Position numbers and translations under genes: made by a program
Shown: positions 51,058 through 62,654 of the stretch, in pieces
Numbering within the stretch: the stretch's first letter is position 1
Layout: each line of letters starts with the position of its first letter
Assembly (NCBI RefSeq): GCF_006345805.1
Contig: NC_042997.1
Location: 95,728,001-95,792,000 of the forward strand
From: Octopus sinensis
Lineage: Eukaryota
Direction: 5' to 3'
DNA length: 64,000 nt
The notes under the pieces: model-generated
Database searches by the model: none
What the model saw: the letters and a program-made list of their open reading frames with translations, nothing else
What the model was told of the DNA's origin: nothing

Positions 51058-51287
51058 ATAACAGCAAAATGTTACAGTCATTAGAACACTGAATACCATG
51101 CTATTTCGGTGTTTGTTCCGTTTCTTTGCTGCCATCAATGTGGGACGCTGCGCTTGTTCAGTTCGAAGTCGCCACATATAGTTCCAGGGAAGAGCGAAAG
51201 TTTGATGAATTCTTTTTTTTTATCGTGGGCAGAACTTTTTGTGATGCCCCTTTTGGTGCTGAGCATTCAGTACTGGATGCTAACCTC
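51058..51287 (-). CDS. Candidate exon encoding a basic stretch followed by a transmembrane-like segment
   Basis: Acceptor TTTCTCAATTACAG (exon starts 51287) and donor GTAAGT (exon ends 51058). Reads MWRLRTEQAQRPTLMAAKKRNKHRNSMVFSVLMTVTFCCY from ATG 51177. Confidence 0.3.
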
Positions 51288-51949
51288 CTGTAATTGAGAA
51301 ATAAACAATAAGGTTTCTATCAGTTGAAACGACAAACGAATAGTAGCAGCAGCTGGAAAGCCAATGAAAACAGAGTTGCTGTGGTTTTAGCAAATGAGCG
51401 GCTCGGATGCCGATATATAAGGATGTCAAGCACTACGCGCCATAAAAGCCACGAGGGTCATTTCAAAGAAAGTGATCCTTTAAAAAGACTGTTGATCTCT
51501 TCCTTAGGTTCTTAACATATGGATTATTTGTATGTGCGTGTCTTACTGTGTGTAATCGTGTGCCTGTTTGCGTGTCTGTATTATGTATATGCGTGCACTT
51601 GGGGTTCTGTGAGTGTGTGTGCGTGTTTGTGCGGGCGCGCATGCGTGTGTATGTGTGTATATATACGTGTACGTGTAGACAAGATTATAGCTGTTTCGAT
51701 GCTGATACTTTTTAGCCGGTTTAATTTGAGATTGCTACCCGGATGATCATTGTCCAAGGTTTTCCGACAGGTTTCTATTACTGTCGAGTACCAGCAAATG
51801 AAATCCATTCTTGGTTCCACCGATATAATTTTGCTTTTCACCACGCGTCAGTTCTTTGAAAGCTGCTGACATGGCTTGTATCGTTAAGGATTAATGGTAG
51901 TACTTCAACTGTTTGTGTCAGTGCTTCGACTGTTCAATGACTGATATCG

Positions 51950-53450
51950 ACAATCACTATAAGCCAATGTTACTCTAATTATTGAATAATTGATTTGAAG
52001 TTGCAACGTGCCTTGCTTCCAACACAACAATGTAAACTGTAGCATGCATTTCAATTACCAGCGATGGAGCACAATGATACCGCATAAGTGTAGGACATTG
52101 GAAATCTTAGAGTGACAGTTGTAGAAGAGAAACTCATTTGCTTTGTTCGTTTCTTAGTTTGTACATAAATTTCACACCAGATCTGTAAAACAATGTATAT
52201 CTGTGTGAAGGTTGAGCCCGAGTCCATGATGTATGCCACTACGTATTTCGAACCAATAAATCCCCTTTCTGTAAGCACCGATCATGAATCCATTCAAGTT
52301 GATAACCCTTATCAGGGCGATCAATTTGAAAGGAATACCACCGAATTGGAGAACTTACCCTGCAGAATCGAATGTTGTGGTGAAGCGGACTGTGAACTTC
52401 CGTAGTCAATGCTTTGATCCAAACTTCATCGAAGCATAAAAAAGTTGCTTATACAGACATCCTTTGTATGAGCACGTTGCAACGTTCCATTGGTCTCTTG
52501 CAATGTTCATGTGTTATTTGGAAACGATTAATGAGATGTTTGCGAACGTCTTGACATCGACGTCAAAAACAGACACATACCCTAAATTCTTGTACTATTT
52601 CAATTTCCCAGAGTTTCCAGATAATTTCGTGTTACAATGTTGCAATTGGATAGATACTGTACGTGAAGAATTCAGTCGAAATATAATCTTCACTGGTTGT
52701 CATTTTGATCTCTTCAATGACAGAACAGACACTTTCATATGAGGGACCATTCATTAGGGGTAGAGTAGGGCTTCTAGTACACAAAATTTTGAGTAATGCG
52801 ATCTTGAAGATGAATAATAAAATGCCTAACCGAATTGCCAATAGTATTGCCCATGCATTGATTGATATGTCATTCGTTGTATGGGTTTATTGAGCTTTCT
52901 ACCGTCTTGAGGAGCTGCTTCATTCCCCATATCGTTTGCGATTAGATCCCAATATGCATTTCAATCTTCACTAGCGAATGTTACAATGAATTTCTGTAGA
53001 GTCTGGCGATGGGTGTAAATTCATACACTGGCTGTTTGGGCCTAATTTATTAATTGATTGGTCCGGCCAGCTCAACAGTCATTCCGATTTCGTTTCCTGG
53101 GGATAAGGGATACGGTTGCTGTTGTTTCAACCTCGAGTTTCATCTTTGCCCATTCAGCGTCGGCGTCATTGATGTGACAGGCATAGAGATGTACAAAGCG
53201 ACTGTTCACTTCAGTTCGAGAAAGTTCTTCGTATTCTTTCCTCCTCACGAATAAAAACTGGAAACTTTGTGGCCGAGCATTGTGAAAATTAGCATTTCAT
53301 TGAAGACGACACAAACTAAAAGAGGATTTTTATTGAAGTGTTTACAAGGCCTTTTTCTTCAACAGATTTGGTCAGCCAAAATAAATTATTTCTACGGAAA
53401 ACTGATTAGAATATAGTGGATTTAGTTTTGTTCCGTTTCGAATGTGAAGT
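51950..53450 (-). pseudogene. Decayed Helitron (Pif1-like) helicase remnant
   Basis: Motifs in the expected order: VSLIPRK (cf. LPVIPRG), YESVCSV..DYISTEFF (cf. Y.S.DSV..YPTEFL), FPMSYTYAVSLCSIAG (cf. FPVRLAFAMTINKSQG), H..VYIV. Confidence 0.55.
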
Positions 53451-54969
53451 GTCTGGTACAGAGATAATGATTTAGGCGTTGAGTTCATGTATTAGATTTC
53501 ACCTCCTACATCACCATGTCTGTACTTGGCACTCCAGGAGGACTTTAATAGTGAAACTACACGTTCCAGGTGAAGGAAAAGCAGCATAGGCTACTATATG
53601 TAAAATCATAAGGAATGGATATTTTTAAAGCGTCGCATTTTCCCCGTAATTTATAACTCCTGGCAATGATCAGCACATGTTTTTGGCTGTTCCTATCAAT
53701 AATAGGAACTGGAGTAGTATTTGAGAACCATGTTCAAGTGTTCAAGAAACATTATGTAATATATATCTCAGTCAAACACAAGGAAAGTAAGAATTATAAA
53801 CATTTCTTGAAAATTCTCCTTAATCATGCGCACGTACAAACACACCCACACGCGCACACAAAGGCCCACACACATACACACACGCACACACACACACACA
53901 CACACAAATACACTCATACATATATATATACATGAATATACCAGTATATGCAAATGCTTGAGTATACTTGCATGTCTACAAGTCACTTGTGTAGTGACTA
54001 CCTAATATCAAGTTTCCGATAAGTAGAAATTCAATTATGCAACAATAATTAAAGGGTGCGGAAGGACGAGGCTGAAATAACATTGCATCATATATAAAAA
54101 TATTGATAGAACTAAATATATTCTCGATGACAGCGATAGACAGAGCGAAAGACAAACAGGCAGACTGAGAAGAGCAAAATATGAGAGAAAATAGAGCATT
54201 CTCCGTCACAATACATGTATGTATATATCTATTGATATCCATATGTATTTACACACACACACACATATACATACACACACACAGACATATATACTTATCT
54301 GGTTCTATATCAAATGAAACGTACATAATTACTATCTTTCTATCTTCGTATATATTTAAGTGTCTGTTAATAAATACAATTTTGACAGAGAGCAATCGAC
54401 GGTCCTCGTTCAATTATCGACTTCAGCTAAAGTGAAGATTCCAGTTTAAATCAGTTGCTAGATTCGTTAATACAGACATGGGTTTAACTTTTATTTGCAT
54501 TTATATTTTTATCTTATTAACTTATAGGTCACAATACATTAATTAAAATACAGAGAATTATTAACGACGAAAATTAATCATGGCCAGTAATTATTCTTTT
54601 CATGTATGGAGATCAGAAAGAATAGAATGAAGGAAAAAAATTTAGTCGTTGCCATGTTATTGTTATGATTCGTGAAAATACTTTCTCTTACAATGCCTTC
54701 TCATAGTAGCAGAACAAAACAAATGCTCACCTTAGACCTTTATATCTTGTCTATAAGACAGATTTTAGGATGGACTAGGGAAGAAATAAACACATTTTCT
54801 TTTGGGTTACCTCACTAGCAAATGCAACGATACAAACTTTAATAAGGCAGCATTACTTAAAACTGATTTTCACTTACGAATGCAAATAAGGTCGTATTTA
54901 ACAAATGAAATCCACTACGTTCAAAAACTTCGGTCATCCGAGAGTCTCGAAGCCATTCTTAGGCAAATG

Positions 54970-55135
54970 TCGGATAGCGAGATGGCAGAATTGTTAGCGC
55001 GACGCGTAAAATGCTGAGTTCAAATTCTGTCCGGCTCGACTTTGCCTTTCACCAAGTTCGATAAAAAGAGTACCAGTTGAACATTGAGGTCCATGAAATC
55101 ATCTTACCCACTTAACCAAAATTCCTAGGCTTCAG
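54970..55135 (+). mobile_element. Degenerate SINE, family B
   Basis: GGCAGAATTGTTAGC..CTGAGTTCAAATTCTG..CGACTTTGCCTTTCA. Confidence 0.75.
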
Positions 55136-55215
55136 CCATTGTTACGTATATATAAAAGAGTGTACAATTAAAAGAAGCAATATATATGAGTGTGTATGTG
55201 TGCGTGTGTGTAAGC

Positions 55216-55280
<65 letters not shown>

Positions 55281-55327
55281 GTGAATTGAAGAAATGGAGC
55301 TGAACGAAGATTGAACAGAAATCGTTT

Positions 55328-55420
55328 TATTTCATTCTACACGTGTTTCGAAAGGCACAATTTACCAAAATCCGATTGAATAATGAAACCATATTGTGTC
55401 TTTCTCTTCAGGAAGAAATA
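55328..55420 (-). ncRNA. Hammerhead ribozyme (left arm)
   Basis: Reverse complement of 56078-56170, with one loop II difference. Confidence 0.85.
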
Positions 55421-56077
55421 GGAAATCCGTTGGAAAAAACAAAAACAGAACAGAGGCGGAGCAAAACAAATCGAACTAGGCTCCTAAGAGCCCATGGCAA
55501 AACTGTTTATCAGTGTATGTTGAGAACCGGTGGTTGAAGATTTTAACGGGTCAGGCGGCGGTCATTCCTGTGGGTGAGAGTGTGTAGATGTTCTTTATGA
55601 CCGAGAATAAAGTTCTGACTATTTAAAGAATATTGGATGTATTATAAGGGGCGAGAAAAAATCTACTTAGAGACATGTGTGTGTTTACTGTTCTATATAT
55701 GTGTGCTGGCGCAGGTTGGCAAGAAGCGCTATTTTCTGGTCACTGCTGAGAACTCCGTCAAGGGGTAGAAAACATTTTTTGTGTACGTGTGTGCGTTTGA
55801 TCGCTCGGCTGTCAGTTGTTAAACAGCCCTACACAATGGCTACTGCAGTAAAAACCGTTGGGTGGCAGAAAAAAGTAGGGCTGTTTAACAACTGACAGCC
55901 GAGCATTCAAACGCACACACGTACACAAAAAATGTTTTCTACCCCTTGACGGAGTTCTCAGCAGTGACCAGAAAATAGCGCTTCTTGCCAACCTGCGCCA
56001 GCACACACTCTTAGGAGCCTAATTCGATTTGTTTTGCTCCGCCTCTGTTCTGTTTTTGTTTTTTCCAACGGATTTCC

Positions 56078-56170
56078 TATTTCTTCCTGAAGAGAAAGAC
56101 ACAATATGGTCTCATTATTCAATCGGATTTTGGTAAATTGTGCCTTTCGAAACACGTGTAGAATGAAATA
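56078..56170 (+). ncRNA. Hammerhead ribozyme with extended stems
   Basis: TATTTC-TTC-CTGAAGA-GAAAG-A-CACAAT..ATTGTG-C-CTTTC-GAAA-CACGTG-TA-GAA-T-GAAATA; ACACGTGT palindrome, GUA triplet. Confidence 0.88.
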
Positions 56171-56375
56171 AAACGATTTCTGTTCAATCTTCGTTCAGCT
56201 CCATTTCTTCAATTCACCAATAATATTAAAATTCAATTATCCGCACCAACGCACGGTTGCAACACCATATGGTTGTACCTCCAACCGTGCTGTCTTCTGC
56301 TGTGATTTTTGCTACCAAGGTATCGGTTAAACTTTTGATTAATCTGCTACAAGATTATTCATCTTTCTATTTCAC

Positions 56376-56414
<39 letters not shown>

Positions 56415-56979
56415 TTATCTGTGTGCCTGTGTGTGTAAGTATATATATATATATATTATACTAATGTGTCCGTCTGTTTTAATTTACATAAATTCTATGC
56501 CTTTGTGCAGCTGACAATTGCTCTGCATTTAAATTGATGTAGTGGTTGCATTGTTCAATTAAATGGAATTGCGTGAAAGGATCGTACTGATTTACCTCTG
56601 GATATCATTGTTGCTTATTTTCATTTTCATCATCTTATTTTGAAATTGTATGGATAATACTGTACTAAATTTTGGTGCCTCAACTTAAGTACATTATTCA
56701 TCTGAAACTAAATTTTTGCTAAACTCATCTATATATACATGTGTATATGTATGTATGTATGGATGTATATATATATATATTATATATATATATATAAATA
56801 GATGAGTGTATTTTACCTTGTTAACAATTAACACGGAAAAATAAATAAATAGTTACCAGGGCAGCAAAAATCTAACAAATAAAGATGTTGTAACTCCTTG
56901 TTTATAAAGGTTGAAACTTCGTGTTTACGTTGAATATCATTTTTTGCTAAAATGTCGTATTGACGAGTTTCGTTTTTTC

Positions 56980-57066
56980 ACTTTCCCGAAGAGAAGATTG
57001 CATTGTTTATACCTTTTATTCTTTTGAATAAGTATCAGTGGAACTTTCGAAACATATGTAGAAAGT
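56980..57066 (+). ncRNA. Hammerhead motif, damaged (U4C), related to family E
   Basis: ACTTTC-CCGAAGA-GAAG...TTTC-GAAA-CATATG-TA-GAAAGT. Confidence 0.6.
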
Positions 57067-57135
57067 AAAAATACTTGTTTAAACCTGCGTTAACTCCATT
57101 TTTTATTCATATATATATATATATATATTACATAT

Positions 57136-57420
57136 GCGGAGGCGCAATGGCCCAGTGGTTAGGGCAGCGGACTCGCGGTTGTAGGATCGCGGTTTCGATT
57201 CCCAGACCGGGCGCTGTGAGCGAGAACATCTAAAGCTTGACGAGGCTCCGCCAAAGAGTGGTGGTGATCCCTGCTGTACACTTTCGCCACAACTTTCTGT
57301 CACTCTTTCTTCTATTGACCTGCTCGCTTAGCCAGAGGGATGGCATCATTTGAAGCGCATTGTGATCAGCGATCTGTAGCAACATCTGATAGCCTGGTCG
57401 GTCACGGTGATCACGGTGAT
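57136..57420 (+). mobile_element. tRNA-derived SINE (family C-type head)
   Basis: Box A TGGCCCAGTGG, box B GGTTTCGATTCC, 3' tandem CACGGTGAT repeats. Confidence 0.85.
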
Positions 57421-57497
57421 ATTATATATATATATATACATATTTATAAATATACATACATATATATGTATCACACTCATATATGCATATTTAGATA

Positions 57498-57643
57498 GGC
57501 GCAAGGTTGTGAGGTATAAAGCTTGCTTCCCACCCATATGGTTCCGGGTTCAGCTCCACTGCGTGACACCTTGGGCGAGTGTCTCCTCCTATAGCCTCGG
57601 GCCGACCAAAGCCTTGTAAGTGGATTTGGAAGAAACCCGTCGT
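57498..57643 (+). mobile_element. SINE family A 5' half
   Basis: GGCGCAAGG..GGTTCCGGGTTCAGCTCC..TATAGCCTCGGGCCGACCAAAGCC. Confidence 0.88.
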
Positions 57644-57644
57644 A

Positions 57645-58168
57645 TATGTCTATCTATCTCTCCCCCTCTCCCCCTCCTCACTCTCACCTTTCCCCCTTCT
57701 CCCCCCTCTTCCTCTCTTCCTCCTTCCTTCCTTCCACTCTCCCCCTCCCCTCTCCTCCCCCTCATCTCCTCTCTCTACACTACACCATTCGACATTACAC
57801 ATCATATCATACATACACACGTCCAGACCTCTTATACGCACTACATACTCTCTCATATACACTACATATACACACACACACACCCCTTGTTGGGGCGTTG
57901 GTCATTTGACCCTGTTATCTCCCCTATTTTCGCTCTTGCGTCTCACGTTTGATATTTGACTTCTGGCCGGAATCAGATCGCTTCTGCACGCATTTTTTTC
58001 TCTCCTTGTTTCTATCTGTGTTTCTTTTCTGTGTATCTTTCTGTTGAAGAGCGTAGGCTCGAAACGTAAAAGACTTGTTTTATTTATATTCCTGAGCGCC
58101 ATACTAATACAATTGTTTGTTTATATTCCACCTGCCTTCGTCTTTTGTTTATTTTCATAAAGCTTCCG

Positions 58169-58170
<2 letters not shown>
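57645..58170 (+). mobile_element. PLE-type pyrimidine-rich 3' region plus pLTR family B
   Basis: The C/T-rich tract resembles the end of the ORF at 63880-64000. The pLTR is homologous to 49560-49740. 57645-57885 is repeated at 58620-58877. Confidence 0.7.
58036..58073 (+). ncRNA. Hammerhead-like motif, U6 core variant
   Basis: TCTTT-CTGTTGA-A-GAGC-GTAG-GCTC-GAAA-CG-TA-AAAGA; perfect 5-bp stem I. Confidence 0.7.
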
Positions 58171-58200
<30 letters not shown>

Positions 58201-58877
58201 TTATATACATATATATCTTATATATGTATCTATATATATATCTATATATGTATATATACAAAAATATATATTATATATCTATATATATATATATATTATA
58301 TATATATATATATACTAAGTAATTAAGGGTTTAGCAACGATTTGCCTCACCACACACCGAATTTAGAAATAGCAGTCAAAGAGTTATGGCTATTCTTTAT
58401 AGCCATAACTTAAACCTTCTTCGAATGGGGCTTTTACATGCCGAAATCTACTTGGTGAAATTAATGATTACTCCAAATTAATTGATTTCACCCTATATTA
58501 TTATTATATATATATATATTTATACATATATATATTATACATATATATATATATATATATACATATATATCTATATATATGTATATATGTATATTTATAT
58601 ATATATACATAAATATACATATATATATGTCTATCTATATCTCCCCCTCTCCCCCTCCTCACTCTCACTCCACCTTTCCCCCTCCTCCCCCTCTTTCCTC
58701 CTCTTCCTCTTCTTCCTTCCACTTCCTCTCCCTCCCTCCCCTCCCCTCCCCCTCATCTCCACTCTCTACACTACACCATTCGACATTACACATCATATCA
58801 TACATACATACACACGTCCAGACCTCTTATACGCACTACATACTCTCTCATACACACTACATATACACACACACACA

Positions 58878-60828
58878 ATGTCTATCATCAATAGTCAGCG
58901 AAGAGCTGAAGAGGTCTGGGCCATTGAGAAGATCAAACTCAATCCCAAAGTGTTCTTTTCATTTGCAAAAAAACACAGTCACTGGTTCTACTGTTGGCCC
59001 TCTGATTGATGAAAATGGTACTCTTCAAAACAATGCCAAAACCATGGGAGAGATATTGCAGAAACAATATTGCTCTGTTTTCAGCAATCCTGATATGACT
59101 GACCTGGGCTGTATCAGTGATGTTACTCCCCAATACACTTTATCGGACATAACATTTGGCGCTCCTGATGTCTTAGCAGCAATAAAGGAAATGAAGCATA
59201 ATTCAGCAGTAGGTCCCGATGGGTTCCCTGCTTCTGTCTTGAAGATGTGTCAAAACCAACTTGCACCCCCTCTAGCCAATCTGTGGCGGAACTCACTGGA
59301 TACTGGATATATACCAGAAGACCTTCTATCCCAGTCTGTTGTCCCAGTTTTCAAAAAAGGAAACAAATCGCTTGCTGTGAATTACCGTCCAATCTCACTC
59401 ACCTCTCATATCATCAAGGTATTTGAGAGGGTGCTGAGATCGCGTATGACTCACTTCCTTGAGAGTCATAATATGCTGAACCCCAACCAGCATGGATTCC
59501 GTAATGGGAGAGATTGCCTGACGCAGCTACTGCATCATTTTGATGACATTTTGAGAGCCCTGTGAGAAGGTTCCAACACTGATATCATCTACCTTGATTT
59601 CAGCAAGGCCTTTGACAGGGTTGATCATAAGATCCTTCTGAGAAAGCTGTCCAATATTGGTGTCACTGGAAAGCTGCTGCAGTGGATCAAGTGCTTCCTG
59701 TCTAACAGAACCCAACATGTTGTAGTCGAAGGAGTCAAATCCAGCCCAGCCAAAGTCAGCAGTGGTGTCACACAAGGCACTGTGTTGGGCCCACTTCTCT
59801 TCATCATCTACATAAATGATATTACTGACACCATCAAACACAGTAACATCAGAACCTTCGCTGATGATTCCAAGCTCCAGAAGGTCATCAATGGCGTGGA
59901 TGACCGAATAAACCTTCAGTCAGACCTACTGGCTGTTGTCCAATGGGCGGAAAAGAATAACATGTTGCTAAATGAAGACAAATTGGAACTGATCCACTTT
60001 GGAAGGGAGGACGCTCTGAAACTCCCATACTCTCTTCCTTCTGGAGAAATTCTCATGGCATCCAACAACATCAGAGACTTGGGAGTAACAGCGGACAACA
60101 ATATAAGCTGGGCTACACATATAAGCAGCAAAGTTGACATGGCCCGCAGAATGTGTTCCTGGATTCTCAGAACCTTCCAGTCGAGAGATTCCCACGCTAT
60201 TATCCTTCTCTTCTCCACTTTTGCCCGACCCCACCTTGAATACTGCTGTCCACTGTGGTCTCCCTACACAAAACAAAATATTATGAGAATTGAAGCTCCC
60301 CAAAGGTCAATCACAAAAAAGATAGATGGCATGTCAGACCTTGACTACTGGGGTAGACTAGAGAAGCTGAAATTGTATTCACTCCAACGACGCCGTGATC
60401 GCTACATTATCTGTATGATGTGGAAAATATTCCATCAGCACTGTCCGAATGATGTTGGCATCACCTTCAAAATACATCCAAGGCTTGGACCCTGTGCCAT
60501 CCGTCCACAACAAAAATCTAAATCGCATCACATAACGACAATACGGCACAACTATTTCACCTCAATTTGACCCGCTCTCTTCAACATTACACCAGGACAC
60601 GTCAAAAAAGAAACTGACCATACAAAATTCAAGAAGTCTTGGACAAATTCCTTCAACAGTACCGGACAAACCACCCACACCCGATATGTCTCCGCAAACG
60701 ATAACTCTCTGCTCGAATGGGCCTTGGTGCCCAAATCCTGAACTTAAAGACTTCGCCAGGTGGTGCTATTAAGTTAGACATGGCCTGGGCCAATACTGGC
60801 CAAAACCTTTCTAAGTTATTCTAAGTTA
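58878..60828 (+). mobile_element. 5'-truncated CR1-type LINE (reverse transcriptase ORF2 and 3' UTR)
   Basis: GPDGFP, NYRPISLTS, NQHGFR, YLDFSKAFD, QGTVLGPLLF, FADD, RPHLEYC. In-frame TGA at 59563 and 60568, frameshift near 58975. Ends in (TTCTAAGTTA)2. Confidence 0.93.
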
Positions 60829-60843
60829 TATATATATATATAC

Positions 60844-60923
<80 letters not shown>

Positions 60924-61029
60924 TATATATATATAAAATATTATTAGAGACAAAACCACTATTTTGCAAAACAAACAAGGAAAGACTTAATCAATACATA
61001 AAATGTTTATAAATAGTCAAAAAAACCGT

Positions 61030-61071
61030 CACTACAATCGTTTCTTGTCTTGATCGACAATCTTCAGGTGG
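61030..61071 (-). ncRNA. Hammerhead ribozyme
   Basis: CAC-CTGAAGA-TTGTC-GATCAA-GACAA-GAAA-CGATTG-TA-GTG. Confidence 0.8.
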
Positions 61072-61117
61072 ACTTCCAATAAGTCAGTTTCAAATTTGAA
61101 ACTGACTTATTGGAAGT

Positions 61118-61160
61118 CCACCTGAAGATTGTCGATCAAGACAAGAAACGATTGTAGTGG
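61118..61160 (+). ncRNA. Hammerhead ribozyme
   Basis: CCAC-CTGAAGA-TTGTC-GATCAA-GACAA-GAAA-CGATTG-TA-GTGG. Confidence 0.85.
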
Positions 61161-61361
61161 CGGTTTTTTTAACTATTTATTAAAATTTTATGTATTGATT
61201 AAGTCTTTCCTTGTTTGTTTTGCAAAATAGTGGTTTTGTCTCTAATAATTTTTATAATATTTTACTATAAAATTGGATTTAATCCTAAATCTGATTTTTT
61301 TCTCTGTAAATTTGGATTATTCCCTAATATTTATTATTATATATATATATATATATATATA

Positions 61362-61453
<92 letters not shown>

Positions 61454-61541
61454 TATTAGAGACAAAACCACTATTTTGCAAAACAAACAAGGAAAGACTT
61501 AATCAATACATAAAATGTTTATAAATAGTCAAAAAAACCGT

Positions 61542-61583
61542 CACTACAATCGTTTCTTGTCTTGATCGACAATCTTCAGGTGG
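61542..61583 (-). ncRNA. Hammerhead ribozyme
   Basis: Identical to 61030-61071. Confidence 0.8.
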
Positions 61584-61629
61584 ACTTCCAATAAGTCAGT
61601 TTCAAATTTGAAACTGACTTATTGGAAGT

Positions 61630-61672
61630 CCACCTGAAGATTGTCGATCAAGACAAGAAACGATTGTAGTGG
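61630..61672 (+). ncRNA. Hammerhead ribozyme
   Basis: Identical to 61118-61160. Confidence 0.85.
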
Positions 61673-61840
61673 CGGTTTTTTTAACTATTTATTAAAATTT
61701 TATGTATTGATTAAGTCTTTCCTTGTTTGTTTTGCAAAATAGTGGTTTTGTCTCTAATAATATTTTATAATATTTTACTATAAAATTGGATTTAATCCTA
61801 AATCTGATTTTTTTCTCTGTAAATTTGGATTTATTCCCTA

Positions 61841-61976
<136 letters not shown>

Positions 61977-61992
61977 TTATTTAAACAGACAT

Positions 61993-62336
61993 GTGAAGGC
62001 GGATGGATCAGTGGTTGGAGTGTCGAGCTTACGATCGTGAGGTTGTGAGCTCGAATCCCGGACCGGGCTGCGTGTTGTGTTCTCGAGCAAGGCACTTTAT
62101 TTCACGTTGCTCCAGTTCACTCACCTATAGAAATGAGTTGCGACGTCACTGGCGCCAAGCTGTATCGACCTTTGTCTTCCCCTTGGATAACACTGGTGGC
62201 GTGGAGAGGGGAGGCTGGTATGCATGGGCGACTGCTGACCTTCCATAAACAACCTTGCCCGGACTTGTGTCTAGGAGGGTAACTTTCTAGGTGCAATCCC
62301 ATGGTCATTCATGGCCGAAGGGGGTCTTTACTCTTT
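61993..62336 (+). mobile_element. tRNA-derived SINE, family C
   Basis: Box A-like TGGATCAGTGG, box B-like GAGCTCGAATCC, body GAGCAAGGCACTTTATTTCACGTTGCTCCAGTTCAC. Confidence 0.88.
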
Positions 62337-62654
62337 AAACAGAAAAATATAATCTCTAATGCCTAAGACTATACTACAATGGCATATATGGGCAATTTAA
62401 GTTGGATTGTCTCTTGACGATAGGCTGAAAAAGATGTAAGGAGTCTATTTGTCTATTTATGTATTTGTATTATTTTTATTTTATTACTAATTTGCATATT
62501 GATGTATATTGTTTTGTCCGATTTTCATGTTCCTATTTGTATATATATATATATACACATACATATATATATAAACATATATATATATGAGATAATTATC
62601 CCTTAGAGGTATTAAAACCCCTAACTGATACCTACACTATATATATATATATAT

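Larger units (their letters stand above)
55272..56226. mobile_element. Nested double fold-back of pLTR family E
   Basis: Outer arms 55272-55490 and 56008-56226 (219 bp, 2 mismatches). Inner arms 55700-55832 and 55875-56007 (about 2 mismatches, 42-nt loop). Confidence 0.9.

Noticed and set aside
58382-58410. Perfect 11-bp hairpin with a nearby TCGAAGA-A on the - strand, as an HHR
   Set aside because: No GAAA or stem III after the hairpin.
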